Source of the DNA: a virus
Reading direction: 5' to 3' (one strand)
Length of the DNA stretch: 64,000 bases
Virus record (IMG/VR): IMGVR_UViG_3300031787_000005
In this document: positions 15,301 through 22,144 of the stretch, piece after piece
Layout: each line of letters opens with the position of its first letter
Numbering within the stretch: the stretch's first letter is position 1
Notes under the pieces: generated by a model
Told to the model about the DNA's origin: nothing
What the model saw: only the letters and a program-made list of their open reading frames with translations
The model's database searches: none
Position numbers and translations under genes: made by a program

Positions 15301-16528
15301 TAAATGAGATATCGGATACTGGAACAAATTTTGATAAAACGCCAGTAATTCTTACTTCTACTTTTTTTGTTAGATCGCCATCTTCATATCCATACATAAC
15401 CTCATCAAATCTAATATCTGATGCTGGTGATATTGCAGAAGTTATCCCACTACATCCCAAAAATTGATTAATTGTTTTATCAGTGTAGGTTATCGTATTT
15501 CCAGAACAGAATACTGTTCCTGATTTTGGAAACTCAACAGTTGAATCCACACTAATAACTTTTGCCCCTGCAGTAATATTTCCAATTACTTTAGTTTTTC
15601 CTGGAACATTAAATGTTCCTTCAATAAGAGCATTTTCACTAAATCCTACAAATAATGAAAGTTTATAATATACTAGATTATTTTTTGATATAATTTCAAC
15701 TTCAGAGACAGATGCTTTTGTTGCTGAATCAGTTGACTTTCTGATGGTTTGACCAACTAGTTTTAGTGGATCTCCAGAAATTCTTTGCACAAGAAGAGTT
15801 TCTCTTCTAATGTACTCTGCAGATGATGGTTTGATTAAATATTTTTCTAAGTCTACAATTCTTGGAGTTACTCCATATAAAATATTAAAAAGTATTCTAA
15901 ACGACTCTTTTGTACCTTTAGACGCATAGAAAGATCTAGCTTCTTTTATGAAGTTACTTACGTCTAGATTTTGGACAAATGTTAATTCTTCTAATCCAGG
16001 AGTAAGAGAATATTTTACCTTTTTATAAAATTCTTGTAAGAATAAAGCACTGAGATTTTTTACACTAGATCCATCTTCATGAGAAGCAGCTTCTGAAGTG
16101 GAAAAAACTAAGTCATTTCTTTCTAGTTCTTCATAATATGTTGTGATACCACTAAAACCACGAACACAACCAGTGAATGTATTTGTTGTAATTCCAGAAT
16201 ATGTGATAATTTCATCATCAATTTTTAATAGACCCCAATTTAACGGAAATCCTTTTGTACTTTCTACCGAAATTACATCAGATTCGCTTGTTATATCAGA
16301 TTCTAGTGTAGTTTCACCACTAACTACTTCTGGAGTTAAGTTATCAAGTTTTAAATATTGATCTAAATTCTCGACAATATCAATTGAACCTCCAGGAATT
16401 TCCTGAGAAATATAATATTGCTTTAAAAAATCAGCAGCTTTTGGAGATTCTGAAAGAATAAATTCTGGAAGTTGATTTTCTACAATTTGGTGAATTTTTA
16501 CTCTCGTTTCAAATCCCGTTTTTATCAT
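3317..16528 (-). CDS. gp7: Baseplate wedge initiator gp7 (giant cyanophage form, 4403 aa)
   Basis: N-terminus RVKIHQIVENQLPEFI..FLKQYY..KGTKESFRILFNILYG; lies between gp6 and gp8; many G-x-G-Y beta repeats. Confidence 0.85.
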   Translation of the reverse strand: MIKTGFETRVKIHQIVENQLPEFILSESPKAADFLKQYYISQEIPGGSIDIVENLDQYLKLDNLTPEVVSGETTLESDITSESDVISVESTKGFPLNWGLLKIDDEIITYSGITTNTFTGCVRGFSGITTYYEELERNDLVFSTSEAASHEDGSSVKNLSALFLQEFYKKVKYSLTPGLEELTFVQNLDVSNFIKEARSFYASKGTKESFRILFNILYGVTPRIVDLEKYLIKPSSAEYIRRETLLVQRISGDPLKLVGQTIRKSTDSATKASVSEVEIISKNNLVYYKLSLFVGFSENALIEGTFNVPGKTKVIGNITAGAKVISVDSTVEFPKSGTVFCSGNTITYTDKTINQFLGCSGITSAISPASDIRFDEVMYGYEDGDLTKKVEVRITGVLSKFVPVSDISFTDEGEIIYVKNLGEIIKNPDQFKTKKQIFSNTWIYNTSVRYQVKGISGSTFLLYSDIDKSSLKVGDTIEILRRNTQIVEYAGAIVSNINKSTKEILLNNLSGFNVDPLKEYDIRRNLNKATSSGAQIEYGNNVITSDVQNVYNENDEYMYVASNSLPSYPITTNLSSISLGEANGNRIQEYDPSSLKYSVLSFQSSVPFITGDEVYYKPENQSIPGLDEGLYYVRVLTESNKIKLYTSRSFIPSDDYIEFGTLDPGTGNHTFTLSFQNNLKIGPQKSLKKFPLFPDIQRSNRTKTEAETVGIMINGVEINSYKSNDRIYFGPLESINILNTGLNYDVINPPLIEVSSPGIGTTALIQPVVTGSVKEVFVDPQDFDIDDAVSVTITGGNGSGCILKPITSKRYRELDFSALPSSQGGGLDVILDDLSFIKDHNIKNGQALVYDKNGSPPVSIGTFAGSNDTTGIKTEYLENGSVYFAQVTGPKTVRLYRTEKDFNSGINTIGFTTASNIGFQKFRLLESANNVTRIDVLSSGEGYSNRKLRVFPSGISTSDNTINFVNHGFNDGETIVYSTNVGLGSTLPTIISGLSTAKQYQVIKLSDNKFRLADAGIGGTITSNYERKNYIKFQSKGTGYQVFQYPPISISVNVKYRDGISGIITATPIIRGVINDIYLYEKGTNYGSNILNLHKKPLITIKTGKDAQLKPYIKNGKIDSVQVLSGGREYYSTPDLVVSGEGTGAKLRAIIVNNAITEVRVINPGVNYLQDTTSITVKSAGSEVSLDPNVRSLRVNTFSRYGSDILKRSITNLKYCIVGYSTNIGSQYFGDTGSNHSPIIGWALDGNPIYGPYGYDNPQVNDSSVRLLNSSYVLNTNSITNRPSGFSAGFFIEDYVYNESGDLDESNGRFCKTPEFPLGTYAYFTTLKVNQTTNTIEPVFPYFLGDSFRSNLLDETYIINQDYNFKGTEIIRNTLPYNTSNQYSGSDFIVESNEIINQTSVVESVLRGSVDRLDIISAGDNYKIGDSAIFNNEDTSGSGASAQVSLIKGKEITNITTNTLKYQNVILIWKSENEVQGYISTTHTFNQSDNVYLSGISTSLKNVLGKNYKVGITTSQTFLYKAIPSTSIVGVITDIYVSSIPENMNVGDVVKVSGTETMTILNRFDDRKILRVTRNNSGFAHTLSAKVELVPTYFSLPISTPKFESKVNDIVYFNPVESVGVGTSVGFSTSVTYTIGIGELTGTTSIPIQSIRLPNHPFQTNQKVLIKKPPGEGSLFVQKTPNDSPTPILSSGDWEPFYVVKQSDDHIGIVTQVGLTTTTKGLFFANFGTNSFGYAVRSDFTQVTSDVNRVTTLVSLSTSHGLTNGDIINLDVKSNQAVGVGTSTSVRLRYDTIGQRILVNRITFSSSGINTIKDTITINRHGFTNGDKVYYRPVTTVASGLQTGDYYIYVLDENTFNFTETLYDNKIYPPSIVNINSVGGASHTIALVNPQLNIVRNNDIVFDVSDSTLDGYGLKFYYDSAFKNEFISVGNTANFVVSGVGTVGVSGDAKITLRYDTGMPQVFFYALEKSGFISTSDLDVTNASKINYIDSLYNGRYSVFDVAGNNFKISLTKIPESTSYTSTQCESCTYTTFSKTANGPIARLSLTSSGVSYKKLPVINGFNSVNGTGAQIYTASNTIGKIDQVRVIDPGFEYPSDVTLRPQALVPSTFFVLDTNIVKSIDITYGGRYYQSAPDLVLANSDGIAIDNGIITPTIGGSGIGKINIIEAPNGLNSSKHTLFATNNTNSFTISKVVYDRPTGIVTCTIQTPIAGYAQNVVNVGDKIFVEGVEKYETSGNGFNAIDNKFKFYDITAYRNTNPAELEFNLTGITTNAGIAVTTPTFASFVRYEDYPRFDVVTGATKFSIGEKILVFVNNEYIETDLVITEDRTTFIKAVGRYELEIGDLIIGSFSGTRAKVDSFINNNARFEINYSARQDLGWLDNVGKLNEDYQVLPDNDYYQSLSYTIKSPIEFEKLINPVNSLLHTVGLKNFSDTEVKSVSGAGVTVTPVESITTFDFINEDRVDTIYGFDLAVDNNVVQSRSKDIKLRNRKLSGYIECRTNNVLKIDDISSLFSNSRSSLNPYVETIFEDSFARFLIQIIDPATTDIQATEVIVVGGRPSDLVTFEKSSIFTTTNQPVDIEGNVNEYGDKTLRFYPANTTDIDYDIKILKTYFNADTAGIGTINVGFIDLAGSVDVATIGITTQIISTQSNKLESMYVTAEVYDKNNQQIKNIVELYITHDGTNTYQSDYFFDTIAIDNNSYTPIGTFTASLSGGIFALNYQNASYNGEVVVRSRVVGFGTTAVGVGTYRSILNGQIEGTERSFKFESDYVKVSAASTSIFKFDKTEVSTIKSLVRVSYGNTSALHQVLVANNNGNAVITQYPFVSIGSTSGIGTFGIDYSTSPAQLRFYRDPGITASLQISSFNEVIYTESDFSNNYPPIEYGKLRETMELLSYNAVNGSRSNKTSFKLTSDGVPIFSKKFSPSSSIFLNPVTGVFTIEKHFFNTGEKLIYTPGSTFIGIGSTAVGINTSITQAGFSTDILPSEVYAIRIDEDRFRLSTRKSDALAGIYVTFTSLGSGNAHELQMSTKLEKTLITIDGVVQYPLAYTPVNTPLQAGIGESTSVLSLGTIRDFIPDATIKVDDEIMRIINVGFATTSGAQITGFGTFTNIEVTRGYLGSIGTSHGIGSTVRVYSGTYNIDSGSIIYFTSAPTGKGTLEKNSNNVPYPRAVFGGRVYLRKDYSNNRIFDDISTSLSGVGRTYTATVSGLNTTGIQTGSAFLFLNGIFQTPTTANNPDNVYTFKQFDLPVSNIPNPELLPYDNIVQDYSQYAVGYAQSSYIVGTVGISSIIFSGITSSNGQNIISTDDVNQNQLPRGGVIISFGSTQGLGFAPLYPAQIGIVTNASGGISTIVAIGTYSAPTKVLGIVTGSYDNTTGIATFILNGAHNLRVGDPLGLSGLRFSCNSWTGISTFNVTGLVYNRTAGIATITVNGNHNLRAGKYVRLANIILSCPGNPIGYSTTRFPYPAGIGTLGNAYPQSSKNTLEGTYDVYRVIAGTAGTTIVLNVGVSTVNHVYVSGGTATVGVTTNIFPYPGAGPEGGIFRSLVGTGGSTIVVNGGISTIAHTYTGLGSCSVGIEWKDYNYGSGYYGGPVSIAITSPTGNSGVINAVVGAGGTLIFSIANAGTGYAATTTNINIREPSYENLPIVGVSRVGLGSTTDSGLNTLLTLKVGSNDNIAYDGVFYDAANLIESNIQLIAEVAVGRMLAFYPGFSVPNGNAECVDDIKSVLQTITHNLRFGGNDKVWDAANLYKTNPALLYGEEQQSIYAFNQARDMAIQAMRNEAINRGGYTNEIQIFDFTVIGDISGVPGVYSPSDCANVASAIGSFVGIITTTIATGIIPASKTVAPGSLFQVTEFDISRPGYAFRVGDVFKPVGLVTDARLASPISDFSITVLQTYSDQLASWELGEFDYIDSIKPLQNGVRKRFPLAFAGKLLSFETNDQDAESSLIKLENLLLIFINNVLQVPGESYEFTGGTSFTFTQAPEFEDSISIFFYNGTKESDSITIDVPETLKSGDSVKLSAFTGIASSKEQKDRTITLIAASDSIETNLYTGLGIDDDNFRELAWKKQKIDKVINGETIYKTRDSLESQIYPVARIIKDFTPASTELFVDDARFFNYEEDASATIIESVGGLIVYDTGYSTGSMTASINVTNTRVTGLTIVNAGSGYVGNTTTVSITRPRNLGVGIGTTATATVTITNGRLTTPITITNPGLGYTVAPKVLVPTPAPLKERVRNISVIEGFAGIITGISTTTGTGGHSLALKLNLKISSGDFSSLQVGYPICVTDTNVGRGVTSVDSGDASPVGVGTTFLNNIYYVHSITRAATNAEIITNIGSNSNITGLTTSGSFVGRFSWGKLSPIIRGSVAIGVTVSGLRVDSGLSTFPSIERRDYGLRSTGSLRKLLD

Positions 16529-16529
16529 T

Positions 16530-18437
16530 TTATCCCCTCTTTAGATCTCCGTTTGAATAGCTTGATGTTACCTTAAATCCAACACCAGATATTTGTTCAC
16601 CAGATGTGATTGTATCCTTAACCATATTTATGGTGGAATTATCGATGTTAAAACTCAGATATAGGTCTTTCAATCCAATAACATCATTAGACTCTGGATA
16701 CGCCTGAACTTCGACTATATTATTTGCTTCAATTGTAGAAGAAATATTCAACGTGTTTAATAGAATTTCTCCTTTTATGTAATCAACAGATCCTGCAGAT
16801 TTTACTACAACTACAGGTGATCCAACATCATCAGATTCTTTAACGATCGAAATAACTCCCTTTCCACTGCCATCTAAATTACCAGTTGCATCTTTATTGG
16901 GAATATCGGTAAGGTAAACAATATCTGAAGATCCTATGATTGTAAATCCAGTGCTTTTAATATTGTATCCTTTTGGATCAATATGGAATTGATTGCCGAA
17001 ACATAATTCATATTGAGCATACTGATTAACGGATGCTCTCAAGTTTCTTCTCATTTTGACTTTTGTAATGTTTGAAGTTATTGCTTCATCTACAGTGTCA
17101 ATGAGTTTTACGACTTTACTATATCTGAATCTACCACCAAACTTATTCACATCAGATGATTGTGAATAAAGAGTAATCGAATTTAGAATATTTGACTTTA
17201 AATTATCAATACTCGATACTTTTGATGGATTATAATAAACATAAGAATCAATCTCAACAAAGAGTACCTGGAGATCTACAATAGATTGATTGATTCCAGA
17301 CAAACTATAGTTCTTTAACTTCGAAAGAATCTGCCTCTTATCAAAGTCGGAGATAAAGTCTCCATTTTTTGGTTTAATACTAATAATTACATTTCCATAT
17401 TGGGGTGGATCTAACTCCTCTCCACCAACAATAGAAACTGATTCTGTGTTTGGATATATTTCACGAACAATCGATTCATAATCTCTAGCAGTTACGGCAC
17501 GATAATTTGAAGAGTATAGTCTAGGTGCAAAATATTTAATAGAGTCTACACTCTCAATATCACCACCATTAATCGAAGGTTGTGTGGTTGTAACATTTAT
17601 TGAAGCAGATGGCAAAATCACTTCATTTGATGATCCAAGAAGTCTTCCAGAAAAATCAAAACTTCTGGCACCATTACCATCTGCACCATCTGTAACAATA
17701 TATGATGCGCTAATTACGGCATTGTTTTCTGGTTTTTTGCCGAAGATACCATCTCCAAACAATAGTTGATATCTTTCGTCCTTAATCTCTTGAATTAGAT
17801 AAGTCTCAGATGTTGAATTGATATTTAAGATACTTGATGTTAAAGAATATTCTCTACCTTTTCCTAAATCCGCAACAGATTTTACATAAACTGTAATTGT
17901 TGATGTGTCAATATATGCATTATCTAATACAAATTTTTGATCCAAAGATCCATCTACAAGGAATTGATTGACTAAGTATGATCCTTGATAGATTGTGATG
18001 TCTTGGAAAGTCGCAACTCCATTGTTAATGGTCGTTGTTATTGATTCTGGAATCGAAAATAGATACGTCGTATCATTGATGCTTCCTACACACACCAAGC
18101 CCGCCTCTAAGGTGCATGTCGGGGATGTGCTACTAGTTTGTACCTGAAATGAAACAATTGCCTTAGAAGCAGTCCTGGAGCGAGGTACGTACCCAATGTT
18201 TCTCGCAAGCGCAACCACATTCTCTCTGAGAGTTGCAGAATCCAAGAAGGATTCATTCACAATCATATTAGAATTAAAAGCAGTTACGTATGTGTTATAC
18301 GCAAGAATATCAATCAGTACAGAAAGATTAGATCCATCAAAATCAAAATCAGTGAAATTTGAATTTGCCCTAATATAATCTTTAATGGATCTCTTTATGT
18401 CCTCATAATCTAGATTGGTGAATTGTGTAAAAGGCAT
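16530..18437 (-). CDS. gp6: Baseplate wedge subunit gp6
   Basis: NLDYEDIK..FTDFDFDGSNLSVLIDILAYNTY..NESFLDSATLRENVV, and RAVTARDYE. Confidence 0.92.
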   Translation of the reverse strand: MPFTQFTNLDYEDIKRSIKDYIRANSNFTDFDFDGSNLSVLIDILAYNTYVTAFNSNMIVNESFLDSATLRENVVALARNIGYVPRSRTASKAIVSFQVQTSSTSPTCTLEAGLVCVGSINDTTYLFSIPESITTTINNGVATFQDITIYQGSYLVNQFLVDGSLDQKFVLDNAYIDTSTITVYVKSVADLGKGREYSLTSSILNINSTSETYLIQEIKDERYQLLFGDGIFGKKPENNAVISASYIVTDGADGNGARSFDFSGRLLGSSNEVILPSASINVTTTQPSINGGDIESVDSIKYFAPRLYSSNYRAVTARDYESIVREIYPNTESVSIVGGEELDPPQYGNVIISIKPKNGDFISDFDKRQILSKLKNYSLSGINQSIVDLQVLFVEIDSYVYYNPSKVSSIDNLKSNILNSITLYSQSSDVNKFGGRFRYSKVVKLIDTVDEAITSNITKVKMRRNLRASVNQYAQYELCFGNQFHIDPKGYNIKSTGFTIIGSSDIVYLTDIPNKDATGNLDGSGKGVISIVKESDDVGSPVVVVKSAGSVDYIKGEILLNTLNISSTIEANNIVEVQAYPESNDVIGLKDLYLSFNIDNSTINMVKDTITSGEQISGVGFKVTSSYSNGDLKRG

Positions 18438-18438
18438 T

Positions 18439-18840
18439 TTACCTTGTGCTTTCTAAGATGAATCTAAATTGTTGCTGTGGAAAATCTTGCCCAATAATAT
18501 CGTATTGAATTGCTATTTCAAAAGTATTTTCATTAGGTGAAGGAGTCACATATACTTTTACATTCTCAATTCTTTCCTCATATGTTTTCAATGCCGTCTT
18601 AATTTCTTCTTCAATTAGCAATGCAGAACCAACGTCAACAAAATCAAAAAGCAATTCGTTGACTCTTGAACCAAAATTTGGATTAAAGAACTTTTCGGAA
18701 GGTATTGTTTCAATAATATTTCTCACAGAACGCTTTATTGCAGATTCATTCTTCAAGATCTGTAAATCTTTGGTGACAGGATGAGGCTCAAAGGATAAAC
18801 TAATATCCTTAAATGTTCTCGATATTCTCTCTACTGCCAT
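18439..18840 (-). CDS. gp25: Baseplate wedge protein gp25
   Basis: FKDISLSF.PHPVT.D..KNE.AIKRSVRNI..EKFFNP.FGS..LF; adjacent to gp6. Confidence 0.9.
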   Translation of the reverse strand: MAVERISRTFKDISLSFEPHPVTKDLQILKNESAIKRSVRNIIETIPSEKFFNPNFGSRVNELLFDFVDVGSALLIEEEIKTALKTYEERIENVKVYVTPSPNENTFEIAIQYDIIGQDFPQQQFRFILESTR

Positions 18841-18863
18841 CGGAGACTAAGATTTTCTTCATT

Positions 18864-18870
18864 TATTTAG
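18864..18870 (-). promoter_or_regulatory. Late promoter (CTAAATA)
   Basis: TATTTAG on plus, 24 nt upstream of gp25. Confidence 0.6.
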
Positions 18871-18872
18871 GA

Positions 18873-19115
18873 TCATTTCCATGGAGATCCGTATGTTGGT
18901 TCTGTTCCATAGGTCCAATCATCATAGTCTTCATCATTACGAATTTTTTCATGCAGATCAGTTTGTTTCTTTAAATCATGCTTTGGTGCAGAATCGTGCA
19001 TGACTTCCTGAATGATTCTTTTTGGTGGTGCCGAATCATAATCAGTGATCAATTTTGTGGTTCCCCACATCTCTCTCATGTAATTTGAATCTCTATCTAT
19101 AGGTAGATTTGACAT
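18873..19115 (-). CDS. Conserved hypothetical protein
   Basis: 80-aa ORF preceded by a CAGGAG SD-like sequence. Confidence 0.7.
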   Translation of the reverse strand: MSNLPIDRDSNYMREMWGTTKLITDYDSAPPKRIIQEVMHDSAPKHDLKKQTDLHEKIRNDEDYDDWTYGTEPTYGSPWK

Positions 19116-19184
19116 TTTAGCTCCTGTTTTAATGAATAAAACAGAACTTTTATGAAGGAGGTTGCTATCTCCTTAAGTATTTAA

Positions 19185-19526
19185 CTACCGATCAACTTCT
19201 CTAAGACGATAGTTATCAGAATTGAGATATTTTAGCATTTCTAAGGCAATGAGTCGAGGGTTTCCTTCCCCACAAGTATATACATCGATTGCCAAACACC
19301 CATTTTCTGGCCAAGTATGACAAGAAACATGACTTTCCGAGAGTGCAATAACAACTGTGCACCCCTGTGGAACAAAACAATGGGCAAAAATGTTAAGAAT
19401 TGTCATCTTTGCACGTTTAATACCACTCTCCATCGCTGCCTGGAGTGATATCGCATCGTTTAAAAGTGCAAAATCCACATCATACACCTCTAAGAGCAGG
19501 TGTTTGCCCATTGAAAAATGTTCCAA
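19185..19526 (-). CDS. speD: S-adenosylmethionine decarboxylase proenzyme (pyruvoyl-dependent SpeD family)
   Basis: MGKHLLLEVYD, LSESHVSCHTWPE (E-S autocleavage motif), DVYTCG. Confidence 0.9.
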   Translation of the reverse strand: MEHFSMGKHLLLEVYDVDFALLNDAISLQAAMESGIKRAKMTILNIFAHCFVPQGCTVVIALSESHVSCHTWPENGCLAIDVYTCGEGNPRLIALEMLKYLNSDNYRLREVDR

Positions 19527-19547
19527 CTCAGTTTTTAATTAAAAAAT

Positions 19548-20003
19548 CTATTTATTTCTTATCTTTTGCACCAGTTCATAGTCTTTTTCTAAAATTTTCT
19601 TCAAATATTCATCATCCCACAGGTCATAATAACTAGTCTTTGCCAAAATTAGTCTCATTTTGGTTAAAAATTGAGAATTTTGGTACAAAACTAAGTTATA
19701 CTTGGCATTATTCGTCTGAACGCCACTGATAAAACTATCCTCATCACGAAAATCATCAAAAAATTTGTATTTTGCATACTTTTGATTTAATTCTTCAATC
19801 TTTTGATACCCATAATCAATATCTAAGTCATCTTCAACCACAAAAATAACGACACCAAACTCTTCATCGAGAGGTTTGATGTCGTCTATCGAGCAACTTA
19901 CGATTTTATAAGTATTTGCCTTTGCGAATGGACAAATTGAATGACCTTTTAGATCTGGATGTGACGTTTGAATGTGTTTAATCCAATCTTCAAGGTCTTT
20001 CAT
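19548..20003 (-). CDS. Hypothetical protein with CPFAK motif (DUF1415-like)
   Basis: 151-aa ORF, WIKHI..HP.LKG.SICPFAK. Confidence 0.6.
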   Translation of the reverse strand: MKDLEDWIKHIQTSHPDLKGHSICPFAKANTYKIVSCSIDDIKPLDEEFGVVIFVVEDDLDIDYGYQKIEELNQKYAKYKFFDDFRDEDSFISGVQTNNAKYNLVLYQNSQFLTKMRLILAKTSYYDLWDDEYLKKILEKDYELVQKIRNK

Positions 20004-20006
20004 AAA

Positions 20007-20153
20007 TTATTTTCCTTGCCCTCTATATTTCTTACGAGCCGAGTTACGCGAGGTAGCGGCATATTTTGTACCACCTCCGTCTCCTTGTCGAGACTTTTTC
20101 GGCGGACCAGGAATATAAGAACTTTTATTCAGACCAACCTTTGACTTTGCCAT
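20007..20153 (-). CDS. Small basic protein (48 aa)
   Basis: Manual translation MAKSKVGLNKSSYIPGPPKKSRQGDGGGTKYAATSRNSARKKYRGQGK. Confidence 0.65.
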   Translation of the reverse strand: MAKSKVGLNKSSYIPGPPKKSRQGDGGGTKYAATSRNSARKKYRGQGK

Positions 20154-20346
20154 TGTTTATAAGACTCCAGTGTTTTCCAATAATTTCAGTTTCAATTTCT
20201 CCAGGACTTGGAGAACCTGTCTGATAATACTGAATCGACAGATCCTCCATAATATCGAAGTATTCTTCCTCTGTGAGATGGGAATAAATCTTACGCCCAT
20301 TACAGAGTATGTTGTATCTTGTATCAGATGATTCTTGTTTTTTCAT
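20125..20346 (-). CDS. Hypothetical protein
   Basis: YNILCNGRKIYSHLTEEEYFDIMEDL; probable start at the 20346 ATG inside track ORF 20125-20475. Confidence 0.6.
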   Translation of the reverse strand: MKKQESSDTRYNILCNGRKIYSHLTEEEYFDIMEDLSIQYYQTGSPSPGEIETEIIGKHWSLINNGKVKGWSE

Positions 20347-21076
20347 GTCCAACACGAATGCGAGGATCGCACCAGATTTCGAAACCTGCTTCTTTTGCAT
20401 CAAGGCAGAATGAAACATCTTCGCCACACATATCTTGAACTTCGCCACTCTCAAAGACTTGCATCTTTGGTGCAAACCAAGGATACTTCATTTCGGAATG
20501 CTCGAAGACACCTTTCTTGATTAGAAGCCAACCAAATCCAGTGTAGTCTACAGTAAATGGTTTACGACGCTTGGAAATACTTTCAGTAGTTTCGTGATTC
20601 ATTACACCACCATTGCTACGGAAATCATCCTCTTCTAACCAGTGAGCAACAGATGTGGTCACTCCATCTTCCGTTGCATACCATCCAGCAGCAATATCTT
20701 TTTCCATCAGGACAAGTTGCCAGAACTTATCAGTATTGAAAACAATATCACTATCAATCCAAAGTTGCCAATCATAAGGCAGTTTTCCATCCCAGGGCAC
20801 TTGATCAGGTCCACGGAGCACGTTAGCACCAAGACACTTACAACGTGCAAAATTAACCATCGAGGAATAATCTTGCGAAATTTGGATGCTAGCACCAGCT
20901 TGCACCAGATCAAAGCACATCTGTACGAAGCTCTTTAAGTAGGTGTAAGAAACTCCACGTCCAGGGAGACAGAACACAATGGTTTTACCTCTCACTAACT
21001 CTCTGGCTTTATCGTAGTCCCACTCTTGTTCAGTCGTCTGCGGGGCTTTTGCTTTTACAGTAAATCCTTTAGCCAT
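20324..21076 (-). CDS. GT-A fold glycosyltransferase-like protein
   Basis: LWIDSDIVF (DxD), GFGWLLIK, GEDVSFC, DPRIRVGH. Confidence 0.75.
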   Translation of the reverse strand: MAKGFTVKAKAPQTTEQEWDYDKARELVRGKTIVFCLPGRGVSYTYLKSFVQMCFDLVQAGASIQISQDYSSMVNFARCKCLGANVLRGPDQVPWDGKLPYDWQLWIDSDIVFNTDKFWQLVLMEKDIAAGWYATEDGVTTSVAHWLEEDDFRSNGGVMNHETTESISKRRKPFTVDYTGFGWLLIKKGVFEHSEMKYPWFAPKMQVFESGEVQDMCGEDVSFCLDAKEAGFEIWCDPRIRVGHEKTRII

Positions 21077-21123
21077 AATAGAATGCGTTTACTTCAGTAT
21101 CATACCTTATTATGTATGAGATG

Positions 21124-21297
21124 TCAATTCGTTCGTTCTGTGATGATTACCTCATTCCCATCTAGGGCAATCCGTACTTCCGTATCTTCATACCATTCGA
21201 GTTCATTGATCATCTCTTCAGGTATCGTTATAAAGTACTCCCCCGTAATTGGATCAACCTGTACGGGCACAAATTTATCTCCGGAATTTTTTCTCAT
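21124..21297 (-). CDS. AbrB/MazE/SpoVT-like small DNA-binding protein
   Basis: GEYFITIPEEMINELEWYEDTEVRIALDGNEVII pattern; start at ATG 21297. Confidence 0.6.
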   Translation of the reverse strand: MRKNSGDKFVPVQVDPITGEYFITIPEEMINELEWYEDTEVRIALDGNEVIITERTN

Positions 21298-21410
21298 ACT
21301 ATGAAACTTATTTTTAATCTTATATATGGGAAAAAAATTTTTAAGTTGGGCGGAACATTTAGATCGCTTTCGTAACACTTTGTAGGTTACAGGGACCCAT
21401 CGTTTTTATA

Positions 21411-21447
21411 CGGCGGCGCCCCGCCCGAACGGGGGCGGCGGGGGCGC
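21411..21447. other. Very GC-rich imperfect hairpin at the early/late boundary
   Basis: CGGCGGCGCCCCGCCCGAACGGGGGCGGCGGGGGCGC, next to an AT-rich flank. Confidence 0.7.
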
Positions 21448-21473
21448 TGCTGCTGCACGAACGCATGAGGGCG

Positions 21474-21671
21474 TCACCCCTGCTGTGTGACCCACCCGCT
21501 GACGGGGCACGGGGTCACATCGGCACGGAAGGTATCCTCAAACTGGGCAGACCACACGGCGGCGGGGTGACCCATGGGAGGGGTTAGGCGGTTAAAGTTG
21601 GTGCCGTCGTTGCGGTAGGCGACCCATTCGGTCTGGCGGTCGGCAAGGCGGGTGGCGGGGGAGAGGCGCAT
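21474..21671 (-). CDS. Hypothetical early protein
   Basis: 65-aa ORF directly downstream of a promoter cassette. Confidence 0.65.
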   Translation of the reverse strand: MRLSPATRLADRQTEWVAYRNDGTNFNRLTPPMGHPAAVWSAQFEDTFRADVTPCPVSGWVTQQG

Positions 21672-21693
21672 CGGGTGGGTTGCTGTTGAGAGA

Positions 21694-21754
21694 ATTCTAC
21701 AGGGTCAGGAAGGGGGCAGGGTGCCCCCTGTGTGACAGCGCCTCAATCGGCATA
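21694..21754 (-). promoter_or_regulatory. Dyad + stem-loop promoter cassette 1
   Basis: -10 TAGAAT; hairpin AGGGGGCA/TGCCCCCT; dyad TGTGACAGCG-CCTC-AATCGGCATA. Confidence 0.65.
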
Positions 21755-21925
21755 GGAGAGCAGGAAGTCCTCCAGAAATTCCCGGGCATCGTCCCCGCTC
21801 ATCTGGGAGATCATTTCACGGGCGATCGTCTCCCAGGAGAACACGTCTGCCAGGTCGGTGATGGCAGCACGGGCATCACGGGCGCTCATGGTACGGCGAT
21901 CGAGCATGGCGTAGGTCAGAGGCAT
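21743..21925 (-). CDS. Hypothetical early protein
   Basis: MPLTYAMLDRR..., ATG 21925 downstream of cassette 2. Confidence 0.65.
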   Translation of the reverse strand: MPLTYAMLDRRTMSARDARAAITDLADVFSWETIAREMISQMSGDDAREFLEDFLLSYAD

Positions 21926-21951
21926 GGGGTCAGGTCGTTTGATCTGAAAGA

Positions 21952-22011
21952 ATTCTACAGGCAACCCCCCGCCGAATCGGTGAGGGGTGTGCCACCTGTC
22001 AGAGTGTCACC
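21952..22011 (-). promoter_or_regulatory. Promoter cassette 2
   Basis: TAGAAT; CCCC..GGGG hairpin; dyad TGTGCCACCT-GTCA-GAGTGTCACC. Confidence 0.7.
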
Positions 22012-22144
22012 AGATGATGGGGTTCCCCTGCAGATCGGTTACAGTGCCCGCCTGTTCATCTTGGGCAATTGATTCAAGAATCCGCAGGATTTGCTCTCCA
22101 TTGTTACCTTTCTTCAGGAGAGAGATTGCCAGGGATTGAGTCAT
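22007..22144 (-). CDS. Hypothetical 45-aa protein
   Basis: MTQSLAISLLKKGNNGEQILRILESI... Confidence 0.6.
   Translation of the reverse strand: MTQSLAISLLKKGNNGEQILRILESIAQDEQAGTVTDLQGNPIIW

Noticed and set aside
3317-16528. 4403-aa ORF as a novelty
   Set aside because: Multi-thousand-residue gp7 proteins are normal for cyanomyophages; no intein or frameshift was seen
20346-20475. Extended N-termini of track ORFs (e.g. 20125-20475, 21124-21378, 24993-25262)
   Set aside because: The extensions overlap neighbouring genes or promoter cassettes; downstream ATGs were chosen
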